Source: Trypanosoma brucei (Eukaryota). Taken from it: a DNA stretch of 64,000 bases. Positions 32,855 to 45,700 of the stretch are shown one piece after another (position 1 is the first letter of the stretch; every line of letters begins with the position of its first letter). The position numbers and the translations under genes were made by a program. Under the pieces are notes generated by a model. The model made no database searches. It was not told the origin of the DNA and saw nothing but the letters and a program-made list of their open reading frames with translations. The stretch spans positions 704,001 to 768,000 of the forward strand of contig AE017150.2 of the NCBI GenBank assembly GCA_000002445.1, written 5' to 3'.

Positions 32855-35800
32855 TTACTTTCTTTTTCCATGCGCTTCAGAAGATGGGGGATATGGAATA
32901 TGCGCAGGGTGATAATTGGATCCCCCTTCCATCGATGGTTTTGTCTTGCCACGTGCGGATGAAATGCCAATAAAGTCAGCGATATTGCCCGTGATGAGGT
33001 TCACTCTCTCGTCCATATTGTCCTGCTGCGCGCTTGTACCCTTTCTACGTATGTTTCCCTCATTAACTGTTGAATAACTCGATACCACTCTACGCCTTAC
33101 ATCACGGGATCCAGTGATGCTCTGCCTATTGCCATGTGTATCACCCGGCATTTCTTTTGCTCCCACTGATTTGCGTGGAGCCTTTGCTGAACTCCCAGTG
33201 CTTCCTTGAGCCGACACTGACACTGACACTTGACTATTGGAATTTACTATCCGGCGCTTCCCCGTCACGTACGCCACTTGCTGAGGTGGTGATGGATGGT
33301 CCTTTGCTTTGAAGGCCGGCACTGCCTGTAACCGAGATAGCTGGTAAAGGTTTTTGCAACTTTCGGAAAGACTGGTGGAGTTCTGCCGAGAGTTTCGACC
33401 CACCTCTGAAGCAGAAACCGTAGAACTTCTTCCTTGAGTCGTCGTCGGTGTGCTACTCTGCCGGTTGGAAGGCCGCCCCGCATCACCCCGGCCGTACATT
33501 TCATTGGGGAACATTTTGTTACCGCTTGTGGTAGCGTACACCGTGTTAATTCTTTGGAGAGTTGGTTGGCCGACTGATGCAGGAGGGGGTGAACGAAGCG
33601 TCTTTGGCTCATATCGGCGTTGTTGTTGTTGTCTCGGGGTGAACGGGGCAAGGTGGTGACGCTGGTCCTTCGCAATGTTGGGAAGTATGGTTTCATTACT
33701 TGTGTGCACAACAGGGCCGCCAACATGAGGAAAGGCAACGAAATACGCCTCCCCAGAGAGTAAAAAAGGTGCCGGAACCCCCTTGTTGGTAGAAGAGTCA
33801 CCACGCGGCTCCACTACTGTTGAACAATGGGGGGGAAATGGAGCTTCCGTCACCATTCGACCGGTGTCAAAAACAGTGGCTGACACGTGGCCAGGTTTAC
33901 TAGGCGAGCGCATGCTGACGGGTTCCCTTTGCTTCCGTTTACTGCTCTCCTTTCCCTTCATGGTGGATGGGGTCGAGGATGCCAAGCGCTCGTATGCCTC
34001 GGCAGCATCAGTCGGAGTTTTTCCAAATGTGGTTAAAGCTCCTTCAGTTGACGTTGGTGATGCCTCCGCATTTACGTCCGTCCCCGCTCCTGTGCCCAGT
34101 TGGTATTCATGGAGAGCCCCAACGGTCTCTTTGCCGTATGTTGTGCGTTTGCTGGGCGGAACGCACTCGAGGTCGCGGGAAATCGACAGCTCCTTATGGC
34201 TTTCCCGCACGCACTCCTTTTCCTTTGTGGGTATCGTCTTTGTCGGATGCGCGATAACGGGGGAAGGGTTAGAGCCACATGAAACATCCGCTTGTCGTCC
34301 TGGAGATGAAGTCATCCCCGGCTGTGACCCGGCCTCCGCACTCGGTGTTGTTGGTAGCAGCTCCACGAGGGTATTTTGTGGCGATGACTGGTCGCAGTCC
34401 GTGCCGCTTCTCAGCGTGGCCACGGGGCCGTTTCGTCCCTTTTTTCGCTCTCCCTCTTTGGTAAATGACGGCACAGAAGAGATGACTACCGATGATGTGT
34501 TTGACTTGGATGATTGCAACATCGCCACGGATGTTTCAAAGGGTTTGCGATCGTAAGCGGTTTCTACTTCCATAGGTTGCTGCGAGATGTGTTTAGAATC
34601 CGTGACGGATTTACCACACACAGTGGACAATGATGGGTGTCGCGTGGAAGTAGGCTGTTCCAAGGCTGGAAGCCCCGGTGCGTGTGCCGGCTCACAAAAA
34701 TTTCTATTAACGTTTTCGATAGGACGACTCCATTTGGTATCGGTTGCGCCGTCACCATCGATACTCTTGTTGTGACTAGAGGTTGGTGTGACTTTGTCAC
34801 ATACAGGAATCCGTACCGCCGGCTGTCCGTTTTGGGCTTCCTTCGCATTCCCGGACCCAACTATAGCCTTTACTCTAATACTCGACGTCGCACGCGGCGT
34901 GGCAAGCTTTTTAATGGGGTTGCCGCCCCTTGCCGGGGTATTAGATCTCTTGTTGGAGGCAGTCGAGTTTGACAGGATGAAGGGTTGCTTGAATATACGG
35001 TGCTTCAGCGCCTCTTCTGCGGTAGCACGACTCTCTGGATCATACACGAGCATCGATGCAATGAGGTCGCACAACTCGGTATCACCGGGAAGTAACTCAG
35101 CCAAGGTTCTGCTGCGCATCCTCCCCAAAATAACGTCGTCGCAATCACGAAGGAAATTTCCGTTTTGATCAAAGAAAGATCGTGAATTCTTGGACCTACG
35201 CCTGAACAAGTCAGGAAGGGGACCAAGGCACCTTTCCATGAGCTGCAGATGTGTAAGATCATCACGAACATCGAACAGACGTCGACCTATTGCCAATTCA
35301 AAGATGATACACCCAACGCTCCACATATCTGCAGGATGATACCACGGGTTCCCAAGCACAACCTCTGGAGCACGATATGGACGGGTTGTGATGAGGTCTG
35401 AATCGAGATGATCCATTCGCCAGAGGGATGAGCTTCCAAAATCACACACCACCCAGTTATCACCAATACTACTCTTTGAGGTTGTTATGTTCTCGAGAAG
35501 GATATTTTCCGGTTTTAAATCAGTATGCACCATTCGGCAGTCAATATGTATAAACCGACATGTCTCCAGAAGAGAGTGTGCAACCTGCACTACCTTTTCC
35601 CGTGTTACAACACCGTTAGCGTAGCCGAGGCGTCGCTCTCGCAGCGAGGGGCCATATATCTTCATCACAAACACTGGGTAGCCCTTCCACTCAAAAAACT
35701 CTAACATCTGGCATACCGAAGCTCTACCATTCTTTTTCTGAGATAGTATCTGCAACATTTCCTGTTCAAAATACGCATCGTTCTTGTATTCCTTCTTAAC

Positions 35801-35968
35801 AACTTTCACCGCAACCGGCTGTCGTCTGACTCCACCAGCCTTTGGCGTACCGAAGCAGTAATACACCTTGGAGAAGTTTCCACATCCAACCTCCTCCAAA
35901 ACCTCAAAGCGGTTGTCAATCAAATCGCCGGCGCTTAGCTTCAGATGTTCACCCTTCGAGGGTGACAT
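32855..35968 (-). CDS. CMGC-group serine/threonine protein kinase, LAMMER/CLK-like, with a roughly 700-aa S/T/P-rich low-complexity C-terminal extension.
   Basis: ATG confirmed at 35968. Kinase motifs present: glycine loop VGCGNFSKV, VAVK lysine, HTDLKPENILL catalytic loop, DFGSS, and APE (RPYRAPEVVLG). The LAMMER-like helix reads 'THLQLMERCLGPLP'. The kinase domain is N-terminal and the remainder is serine/threonine/proline-rich. Confidence 0.8.
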   Translation of the reverse strand: MSPSKGEHLKLSAGDLIDNRFEVLEEVGCGNFSKVYYCFGTPKAGGVRRQPVAVKVVKKEYKNDAYFEQEMLQILSQKKNGRASVCQMLEFFEWKGYPVFVMKIYGPSLRERRLGYANGVVTREKVVQVAHSLLETCRFIHIDCRMVHTDLKPENILLENITTSKSSIGDNWVVCDFGSSSLWRMDHLDSDLITTRPYRAPEVVLGNPWYHPADMWSVGCIIFELAIGRRLFDVRDDLTHLQLMERCLGPLPDLFRRRSKNSRSFFDQNGNFLRDCDDVILGRMRSRTLAELLPGDTELCDLIASMLVYDPESRATAEEALKHRIFKQPFILSNSTASNKRSNTPARGGNPIKKLATPRATSSIRVKAIVGSGNAKEAQNGQPAVRIPVCDKVTPTSSHNKSIDGDGATDTKWSRPIENVNRNFCEPAHAPGLPALEQPTSTRHPSLSTVCGKSVTDSKHISQQPMEVETAYDRKPFETSVAMLQSSKSNTSSVVISSVPSFTKEGERKKGRNGPVATLRSGTDCDQSSPQNTLVELLPTTPSAEAGSQPGMTSSPGRQADVSCGSNPSPVIAHPTKTIPTKEKECVRESHKELSISRDLECVPPSKRTTYGKETVGALHEYQLGTGAGTDVNAEASPTSTEGALTTFGKTPTDAAEAYERLASSTPSTMKGKESSKRKQREPVSMRSPSKPGHVSATVFDTGRMVTEAPFPPHCSTVVEPRGDSSTNKGVPAPFLLSGEAYFVAFPHVGGPVVHTSNETILPNIAKDQRHHLAPFTPRQQQQRRYEPKTLRSPPPASVGQPTLQRINTVYATTSGNKMFPNEMYGRGDAGRPSNRQSSTPTTTQGRSSTVSASEVGRNSRQNSTSLSESCKNLYQLSRLQAVPAFKAKDHPSPPQQVAYVTGKRRIVNSNSQVSVSVSAQGSTGSSAKAPRKSVGAKEMPGDTHGNRQSITGSRDVRRRVVSSYSTVNEGNIRRKGTSAQQDNMDERVNLITGNIADFIGISSARGKTKPSMEGGSNYHPAHIPYPPSSEAHGKRK

Positions 35969-36065
35969 ATTTAGTTCTTTTCACGTAACGCGATAAATAG
36001 CGAAAGTTCTGCTAATAATAACAGTTTTTAATAAAGACGATAATAAATAATAATAATAATAATAA

Positions 36066-36090
36066 TGCCACTGAAAAAAAAAAAGAAAAA
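36066..36090 (-). promoter_or_regulatory. Polypyrimidine tract on the coding strand about 100-120 nt upstream of the kinase ATG. It is a candidate splice-acceptor signal.
   Basis: The + strand tgaaaaaaaaaaagaaaaacacc is a T/C run on the minus strand. Confidence 0.45.
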
Positions 36091-37128
36091 CACCGCGGTA
36101 GAATGTGTAAAAGAGAAAGGTCCGTAACAAATATACAAAGAAAAATTTATATATATTTGTACGAGAGTACACCGCGTCCCCCTCACTGGGTTAACTAAAT
36201 TGTTGTAAGGTGTCGAAAATAAAGACACCACCACGAAAGGAAAAGAAGTCAAAGATGGGAGAAAACAGGAGAAGAGTGATTCAAAAGTTGTGAATTGCAT
36301 TAACGAACGTGAAGCACAGAGAAAAAGAAGATGCAGACGGCGCCCCCAACCCAACCCAATTCACTCCCCAAAAAGGAACGGGCAGTGGTCAAAAAGGAGA
36401 AGGAAAGGAAACAATAAAATAAAACCACGTTTTCTTCATGCAAACATGTATAAAATCATGAGGTTATCCACTCTCACGAGACGCTTACTTGCGGAGTTTG
36501 CACCCTCACATGCTCATGGGTTCATACATTGAACACCTCCACGCCCACAACAGAGATCTGTCAACGAGGAAAGTTCGGGTAAACCTCACTATCACCCAAA
36601 TGGAATCCTCGAAAAAACAAAACAAAACAAAGAAACAACCATACAGTTTTTTAAAAATCTTCTTTGGAGAAACGTGCCCGAGCACGGAACACAATAAATA
36701 TCTAATGTGCTCATTTCCATTCCCTCCCCCTCGCGCAGTTGGGCTCAATACTCCTTGGCATACAACTGGCACTCGCTAAAATAGTTGCCCTCGATGACAA
36801 AAAGAAAACAACAACAAACAAACAAACAAACAAAGTTTAAATAGAACAAAACAACTAACTGATACGGATATACATAAGAGTAGTCGTTAATGGGGGGGGA
36901 AAGAATGAGAAAAGAGAGGGAAACTTTAATAATTTTTTCCTTGTTGTTTCCTTTTTACTCCGCTGCGCTTTCAGCACATCACATTAGTTTCACTTCCTCT
37001 CCCGAAACGATTAACGCACTGGTTCTTTGTCAATAACGATGTCCCAACTTAAACGCTAGTGCAATTCATATTTCTCCTCAAACATCGAGTAGGTGAACAC
37101 ACCCGCACACGCCAATACCCCTAACATA

Positions 37129-38706
37129 TTAAAGACGCGAAGCCTCAACATAGCGGGGAACGGCGCCCTTCATTTCCTCGGACGCCCTCGATGCAAAGCG
37201 GTCTTGGAAGCTCTTCTGGAACATGGTGACAAGTTCTTTCGTCGTCTCGTTGAACTGCTTCAGGTCCGTCCAAGCTTTGCGGGGGTTCAACAGGCTTGCG
37301 GGCACGTTCGCAACCCTCTTAGGAATGTGAAGGCCCCATCCGGGATACACTTCATAATCCGCCTGGTCAAGTGTACCGTCATGAATAGCATCAATGATGG
37401 CACGGGTGACGCGCAAAGGCATGCGCTTAGCCCCGCGGTCAGCACGGCCGCCTGCATAACCCGTGTTCAGCAGCCAAACGCGGCTATTGTGCTTTTCCAT
37501 CTTCTCAGCCAGTTGCTGGCCATAATGAGTGGCATGACGAACAAGGAATGGCCCACCGAAGCACGAGGAAAAAATGGGGCGAGCGACGCGAGCGCTTCCT
37601 GCTTCCACACCAGGGACGTTAGCCGTGTAGCCCATCACGAACCAGAACATAGCTTGAGCACTCGTTAGGCGTGCCACGGGAGGCATCACGCCAAAGGCAT
37701 CGTTCGTCAAGAAAATGATGTTCTTCGGGTGGCCCGCAACAGCCTTCGAAAGCGCACCGTCGATGTGCATGAGAGGGTAGGCAACGCGGGTGTTTTTGCA
37801 GATAGATTCATCATTAAAGTCAATTTCATGGGTTCTCCTGTCAAGAGTACAATTCTCGGCAACAGCGCCAAAGCGCACAGCCTCATAAATATCCTTCTCG
37901 GTTTCGGGGTTCAAACCAATCGCCTTAGCATAGCACCCGCCTTCAATGTTAAACACACCACGGTCCGTCCACACATGCTCGTCATCGCCAATGAGGTTGC
38001 GGCGCGGGTCCGCAGAGAGAGTCGTTTTGCCGGTTCCGCTGAGTCCAAAGAAGACCGTCACGTCACCGCTCTTACCCACGTTAGCGCTTGCATGCATGCA
38101 TAAGTGTCCCATGCGTGGCATCAATTCAAACATCACAGTCAGAATACCCTTCTTCATTTCACCAGCGTACTCTGTCCCAAGAATGACCTGTTCGCGGGTC
38201 TTAAAGTTCAGGGCCACTGACGTTGTTGAGGTAACACCGGGGACCGTCGGATCAGCCTTTGCCTCTCCGGCGTTGTAGATGACATAGTCCGGTTCACCAA
38301 AACTCTGCAGCTCCTCTAACGTAGGCACAATTAGCATGTTGCGCATGAAAAGTGCGTGGTAAGGGCGGGTCGTGTACACGCGCACCTTCAGGCGGTACCG
38401 TTCATCGTGGCCGGCAAAGCAGTCCATGACGAACAGGTGTTTGCAGGTGGCGAAGTAATCCTTTGCGATTGTCTTCAGTTTCTCAAATGATTCTTCGGTC
38501 AGCTTCATGTTTACGCTGCCCCAGTCCACATTGTCAGTAACGTCAGTGGTGTTTACAATACGCTTGTCGCGAGGAGAGCGGCCAGTCTTTGCGTATGAGC
38601 GTACGCTCAGGGCGCCACGAGCCGTCAGTTGGGAGTCCTTTTCAAGCTTAAGAGCCCACTCCACCAACTCGGGGGCGGTGAGATTCTTGTGAATTATAGG
38701 AGCCAT
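37129..38706 (-). CDS. PEPCK: Phosphoenolpyruvate carboxykinase (ATP-dependent), glycosomal, with a C-terminal SRL PTS1 signal.
   Basis: The ORF-track start is TTG. The ATG at 38706 gives MAPIIHKNLTAPELVEW..., 525 aa. ATP-PEPCK signatures are present: the kinase-1a loop 'GLSGTGKTTLS', plus 'YAGEMKKG' and 'FNIEGGCYAK' motifs. The protein ends ...RYVEASRL, a canonical PTS1. Confidence 0.92.
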   Translation of the reverse strand: MAPIIHKNLTAPELVEWALKLEKDSQLTARGALSVRSYAKTGRSPRDKRIVNTTDVTDNVDWGSVNMKLTEESFEKLKTIAKDYFATCKHLFVMDCFAGHDERYRLKVRVYTTRPYHALFMRNMLIVPTLEELQSFGEPDYVIYNAGEAKADPTVPGVTSTTSVALNFKTREQVILGTEYAGEMKKGILTVMFELMPRMGHLCMHASANVGKSGDVTVFFGLSGTGKTTLSADPRRNLIGDDEHVWTDRGVFNIEGGCYAKAIGLNPETEKDIYEAVRFGAVAENCTLDRRTHEIDFNDESICKNTRVAYPLMHIDGALSKAVAGHPKNIIFLTNDAFGVMPPVARLTSAQAMFWFVMGYTANVPGVEAGSARVARPIFSSCFGGPFLVRHATHYGQQLAEKMEKHNSRVWLLNTGYAGGRADRGAKRMPLRVTRAIIDAIHDGTLDQADYEVYPGWGLHIPKRVANVPASLLNPRKAWTDLKQFNETTKELVTMFQKSFQDRFASRASEEMKGAVPRYVEASRL

Positions 38707-39767
38707 TGTGTTATGATTGGGCAATACACAACGAAATATATAAGTATAAGAACGTAAAATGTTAATTGTTGAAGACGGCTGTAGAGGCTATCTTTGAAAC
38801 TTTATCTCCTACTTATATGCTTACTGTTCTCTTTTGTTATTGTCTTGTTCGCTAGTAGATAATCTATGAACAGCAGTAAAAAATAAGGGAAACGGAAACG
38901 AGCAGTTTGAAACATATGGAACAGAGGAAAGTTGATAAAGGGGACACCACACACCACCACCGCGATACCGTACCATTGGGTTTCTATGACATGCTCAAAA
39001 CTCTCGAGCCACATAAAAAACATGTGCCTTACACCAAAACATCAAAATCTTGAAAGGGAGATGAGAACAAATGAGTAAGAACGATGTTAAGTTAATACAT
39101 ACACTCACCCAAACATTACCCTAATATAACATTACCACCGCAAAAACATGTAACACAGTTCAGAAACATGTTTTGAATATCAAGCCATACAACATTGGTG
39201 CCGCACCCTGCTTCGTTAGACAGACCCGCCATCACCCATATAAAATCAAACGAAGTATTACAAGAAGAACAAAGAGTATATGACTACCCACACGCATGCC
39301 TCTTTGATTTGGATTATGGATACGTTCCGCAAAATGAAACTCATCCCAAAAATATTTTTAAAAAGGCCGTATTCTACTGAAGAAATTGCTGCGCATTTCC
39401 CAGCGGTGCCTTCTGATCTTCTTCCACTTGTCTCCACCAGCTTCTATGAATTTATGCTAACCAATTACACATGTCATCCTTTCAAACTATAAACAGCAGG
39501 AAAAGACGAACAGACACTCATTGCCTTCATGCACTTGTTATCAGCGATCATAAACATACCGTTTCCTTCCTTTAACTCATTCGATCCTGCAGATTCTGTG
39601 AGTAAACAAATTTGAACGAAGTTGGCGCTCACGCTCACTCCACTTTTGGTCACCGTAAATGAAGTCAGGAGAATATTACCGGGAGGGATCATTTCTAGGT
39701 GCATGTGTAGATGAACTGCACACTTTATGCACTAATAACAGGTTTGAAGTACTTACCTGGCATCTCC

Positions 39768-42700
39768 TCACGAGACCGCATTGGCTGAACGAGACCTTTT
39801 CCTTGTGCTACGTATGTCCATGACTTGCCGTACCTGTCGCTGTGTTTGTTCAGTGATTCTGGAATGATGTGATGACTCAACGGACAAGCTCACCCTCTCT
39901 CTGGTGGTTCTTCCTGCACCTAGCACAGGTGACCCCCGAATTTGCTGTTCCGGTGGGCTGCTGTGTTGTGCCACTTCTGATGACACACGACCACCATAGG
40001 TTACAACCCTTGTCTTGGCATATCGAAGCTCGTCCTCCAGACCTTTCTTATCGCCCTGCAACTTCTGAACTGCGCTTTCAAGTTGTAAGGTCTTCCTTGA
40101 TGCATTCTCCGCATCTTGTGCCGCCTTGGCCGCATCTTGTTCATACTGGTCAAGTTGTTCGTCCTTCTGTACAAGCTCATCCTGCAGCCGTTGAACCTCC
40201 TCATCCTTTCGTTGTAGAGCTTTTTCAAGGAACGTAACGCGCGCCTGCGACATGCGAATACGCGCTTCATCCCCCTCCACAACGGCCTTTTGACGAGAGG
40301 AACCGCTTTGCCGTTTTGGGGAACCACTCGTCGATGCAACCTCCTCGCGGAGTGTTTGCACCTGAGCCTCCATCAGACTGAATGCTTTCGCCAGTTCCTC
40401 AGCTTGCTGCCTGGCCGCAAGTTCACCCTCACGTTTCGATGCCTCCAGTGCGGAGAGTTTATTGCGGCTCGCTTGCAACTGTGCGGAGAGCGAGTTGTTC
40501 TGCTGTTTCAACCGACTAACTTCCTCACCTCGCTCACGACCAAGTTCATCGACCCTCTCGGTGAGAGTACGACGCTCAGCTATGAGTTCTTCACGTTGCT
40601 GACGCATTTCCACCAACTGTTGACGAATTTCATCTAAATCTTCCAGATACGCATTTGACTGCGACGAATTCTGTTCCAATGACAAGAGAAGTTCCTCTTG
40701 ATTGGATTCCAACTGACGGCAAGTTTTTCGGCAGAGCATTAGATCTGCGTGAAGGCTTGATATTTGTAGAAACTGGGCGAGATCTACAGCCTCTAAGTCC
40801 ACCGGTTCCGCCCCCACAGAACTCACATCAACGGAACCATCCACACCTAATACACTGTGCGCGCCACGAACGTCCTTTGCCCGAACAAATTGTTCCAACC
40901 GCTGGCACTCCTTCTGCAATTTAACTACTTCCAGACATTTTCTTTCCAAATCTTGCTCTAGCCGAACATTGCGCTCCTCCAACCTCCTCCTCGCATCATT
41001 AGAGCGATCAACGGATCTTCTTGCGACAATAAGTTCCGTCACGCAACCCTCACTCCTACGGTCATAAAATTCTTCAAAACCACGCTTCGTAGCGGAAACT
41101 TGAGCATGAAGTTCATCCACAACCCGAGACAACCTCTCAACATCTGCACCAACAGCACCATCACTATCCCCCACTTTACCATTCAAAGAAGAAACACTAT
41201 CCACAAGCAAACGATTACTAACCAAAACTTCATCTTTTAAAAAAGATATTTCCTCAACACTCCTCTCCAGCTTCTCCTTTGCTGTACGGAGTTCCTCCTC
41301 AAGTGTAGAAACACGTTCCTCCATCTCAGTTGCCTTTTCTAAAGCAGCTTCCCGTTCCTCAGCAAGTCGCTCAAGTGCTACTAAAGCAGATGCCAATTGT
41401 GTACCAAGATCCGTATCAGCATTCCTTACAGCAACATCAGACACAAGAGCAGCTCGTGCATTGCCATCCTTGTCAGACTGTGAGGTGCGTACACGAACTC
41501 CAGCGGCATTCAACTTATTCGTTAGCTGTATGATCTCTTCTTCTGCTTCACGAAGACGTTGTTGCGTGTGTTGCAATTCTGTTGTGAAAGCTGCCACAGT
41601 TTGTTCAGGTGTTGTACCGTAACTCTCCAAACGGGAAACAGTTTCCTCAAGTTGCGTAAGTTTTGTCACATGTAGCTCACGTTCTGCAGACATTTTCTTC
41701 GTGGTTGAGTGCGCTGTACGGAGTTCCTCCTCAAGTGTAGAAACACGTTCCTCCATCTCAGTTGCCTTTTCTAAAGCAGCTTCCCGTTCCTCAGCAAGTC
41801 GCTCAAGTGCTACTAAAGCAGATGCCAATTGTGTACCAAGATCTGTATCAGCATTCCTTACAGCAACATCAGACACAAGAGCAGCTCGTGCATTGCCATC
41901 CTTGTCAGACTGTGAGGTGCGTACACGAACTCCAGCGGCATTCAACTTATTCGTTAGCTGTATGATCTCTTCCTCTGCTTCACGAAGACGTTGTTGCGTG
42001 TGTTGCAATTCTGTTGTGAAAGCTGCCACAGTTTGTTCAGGTGTTGTACCGTAACTCTCCAAACGGGAAACAGTTTCCTCAAGTTGCGTAAGTTTTGTCA
42101 CATGTAGCTCACGTTCTGCAGACATTTTCTTCGTGGTTGAGTGCGCTGTACGGAGTTCCTCCTCAAGTGTAGAAACACGTTCCTCCATCTCAGTTGCCTT
42201 TTCTAAAGCAGCTTCCCGTTCCTCAGCAAGTCGCTCAAGTGCTACTAAAGCAGATGCCAATTGTGTACCAAGATCCGTATCAGCATTCCTTACAGCAACA
42301 TCAGACACAAGAGCAGCTCGTGCATTGCCATCCTTGTCAGACTGTGAGGTGCGTACACGAACTCCAGCGGCATTCAACTTATTCGTTAGCTGTATGATCT
42401 CTTCTTCTGCTTCACGAAGACGTTGTTGCGTGTGTTGCAATTCTGTTGTGAAAGCTGCCACAGTTTGTTCAGGTGTTGTACCGTAACTCTCCAAACGGGA
42501 AACAGTTTCCTCAAGTTGCGTAAGTTTTGTCACATGTAGCTCACGTTCTGCAGACATTTTCTTCGTGGTTGAGTGCGCTGTACGGAGTTCCTCCTCAAGT
42601 GTAGAAACACGTTCCTCCATCTCAGTTGCCTTTTCTAAAGCAGCTTCCCGTTCCTCAGCAAGTCGCTCAAGTGCTACTAAAGCAGATGCCAATTGTGTAC

Positions 42701-45700
42701 CAAGATCCGTATCAGCATTCCTTACAGCAACATCAGACACAAGAGCAGCTCGTGCATTGCCATCCTTGTCAGACTGTGAGGTGCGTACACGAACTCCAGC
42801 GGCATTCAACTTATTCGTTAGCTGTATGATCTCTTCTTCTGCTTCACGAAGACGTTGTTGCGTGTGTTGCAATTCTGTTGTGAAAGCTGCCACAGTTTGT
42901 TCAGGTGTTGTACCGTAACTCTCCAAACGGGAAACAGTTTCCTCAAGTTGCGTAAGTTTTGTCACATGTAGCTCACGTTCTGCAGACATTTTCTTCGTGG
43001 TTGAGTGCGCTGTACGGAGTTCCTCCTCAAGTGTAGAAACACGTTCCTCCATCTCAGTTGCCTTTTCTAAAGCAGCTTCCCGTTCCTCAGCAAGTCGCTC
43101 AAGTGCTACTAAAGCAGATGCCAATTGTGTACCAAGATCTGTATCAGCATTCCTTACAGCAACATCAGACACAAGAGCAGCTCGTGCATTGCCATCCTTG
43201 TCAGACTGTGAGGTGCGTACACGAACTCCAGCGGCATTCAACTTATTCGTTAGCTGTATGATCTCTTCTTCTGCTTCACGAAGACGTTGTTGCGTGTGTT
43301 GCAATTCTGTTGTGAAAGCTGCCACAGTTTGTTCAGGTGTTGTACCGTAACTCTCCAAACGGGAAACAGTTTCCTCAAGTTGCGTAAGTTTTGTCACATG
43401 TAGCTCACGTTCTGCAGACATTTTCTTCGTGGTTGAGTGCGCTGTACGGAGTTCCTCCTCAAGTGTAGAAACACGTTCCTCCATCTCAGTTGCCTTTTCT
43501 AAAGCAGCTTCCCGTTCCTCAGCAAGTCGCTCAAGTGCTACTAAAGCAGATGCCAATTGTGTACCAAGATCCGTATCAGCATTCCTTACAGCAACATCAG
43601 ACACAAGAGCAGCTCGTGCATTGCCATCCTTGTCAGACTGTGAGGTGCGTACACGAACTCCAGCGGCATTCAACTTATTCGTTAGCTGTATGATCTCTTC
43701 CTCTGCTTCACGAAGACGTTGTTGCGTGTGTTGCAATTCTGTTGTGAAAGCTGCCACAGTTTGTTCAGGTGTTGTACCGTAACTCTCCAAACGGGAAACA
43801 GTTTCCTCAAGTTGCGTAAGTTTTGTCACATGTAGCTCACGTTCTGCAGACATTTTCTTCGTGGTTGAGTGCGCTGTACGGAGTTCCTCCTCAAGTGTAG
43901 AAACACGTTCCTCCATCTCAGTTGCCTTTTCTAAAGCAGCTTCCCGTTCCTCAGCAAGTCGCTCAAGTGCTACTAAAGCAGATGCCAATTGTGTACCAAG
44001 ATCTGTATCAGCATTCCTTACAGCAACATCAGACACAAGAGCAGCTCGTGCATTGCCATCCTTGTCAGACTGTGAGGTGCGTACACGAACTCCAGCGGCA
44101 TTCAACTTATTCGTTAGCTGTATGATCTCTTCCTCTGCTTCACGAAGACGTTGTTGCGTGTGTTGCAATTCTGTTGTGAAAGCTGCCACAGTTTGTTCAG
44201 GTGTTGTACCGTAACTCTCCAAACGGGAAACAGTTTCCTCAAGTTGCGTAAGTTTTGTCACATGTAGCTCACGTTCTGCAGACATTTTCTTCGTGGTTGA
44301 GTGCGCTGTACGGAGTTCCTCCTCAAGTGTAGAAACACGTTCCTCCATCTCAGTTGCCTTTTCTAAAGCAGCTTCCCGTTCCTCAGCAAGTCGCTCAAGT
44401 GCTACTAAAGCAGATGCCAATTGTGTACCAAGATCCGTATCAGCATTCCTTACAGCAACATCAGACACAAGAGCAGCTCGTGCATTGCCATCCTTGTCAG
44501 ACTGTGAGGTGCGTACACGAACTCCAGCGGCATTCAACTTATTCGTTAGCTGTATGATCTCTTCTTCTGCTTCACGAAGACGTTGTTGCGTGTGTTGCAA
44601 TTCTGTTGTGAAAGCTGCCACAGTTTGTTCAGGTGTTGTACCGTAACTCTCCAAACGGGAAACAGTTTCCTCAAGTTGCGTAAGTTTTGTCACATGTAGC
44701 TCACGTTCTGCAGACATTTTCTTCGTGGTTGAGTGCGCTGTACGGAGTTCCTCCTCAAGTGTAGAAACACGTTCCTCCATCTCAGTTGCCTTTTCTAAAG
44801 CAGCTTCCCGTTCCTCAGCAAGTCGCTCAAGTGCTACTAAAGCAGATGCCAATTGTGTACCAAGATCCGTATCAGCATTCCTTACAGCAACATCAGACAC
44901 AAGAGCAGCTCGTGCATTGCCATCCTTGTCAGACTGTGAGGTGCGTACACGAACTCCAGCGGCATTCAACTTATTCGTTAGCTGTATGATCTCTTCTTCT
45001 GCTTCACGAAGACGTTGTTGCGTGTGTTGCAATTCTGTTGTGAAAGCTGCCACAGTTTGTTCAGGTGTTGTACCGTAACTCTCCAAACGGGAAACAGTTT
45101 CCTCAAGTTGCGTAAGTTTTGTCACATGTAGCTCACGTTCTGCAGACATTTTCTTCGTGGTTGAGTGCGCTGTACGGAGTTCCTCCTCAAGTGTAGAAAC
45201 ACGTTCCTCCATCTCAGTTGCCTTTTCTAAAGCAGCTTCCCGTTCCTCAGCAAGTCGCTCAAGTGCTACTAAAGCAGATGCCAATTGTGTACCAAGATCT
45301 GTATCAGCATTCCTTACAGCAACATCAGACACAAGAGCAGCTCGTGCATTGCCATCCTTGTCAGACTGTGAGGTGCGTACACGAACTCCAGCGGCATTCA
45401 ACTTATTCGTTAGCTGTATGATCTCTTCCTCTGCTTCACGAAGACGTTGTTGCGTGTGTTGCAATTCTGTTGTGAAAGCTGCCACAGTTTGTTCAGGTGT
45501 TGTACCGTAACTCTCCAAACGGGAAACAGTTTCCTCAAGTTGCGTAAGTTTTGTCACATGTAGCTCACGTTCTGCAGACATTTTCTTCGTGGTTGAGTGC
45601 GCTGTACGGAGTTCCTCCTCAAGTGTAGAAACACGTTCCTCCATCTCAGTTGCCTTTTCTAAAGCAGCTTCCCGTTCCTCAGCAAGTCGCTCAAGTGCTA

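Noticed and set aside
33783-34556. A 257-aa + strand ORF inside the kinase gene.
   Set aside because: It is antisense to a well-supported CDS in its low-complexity tail, its composition is biased, and no polypyrimidine or splice signal lies upstream on the + strand.
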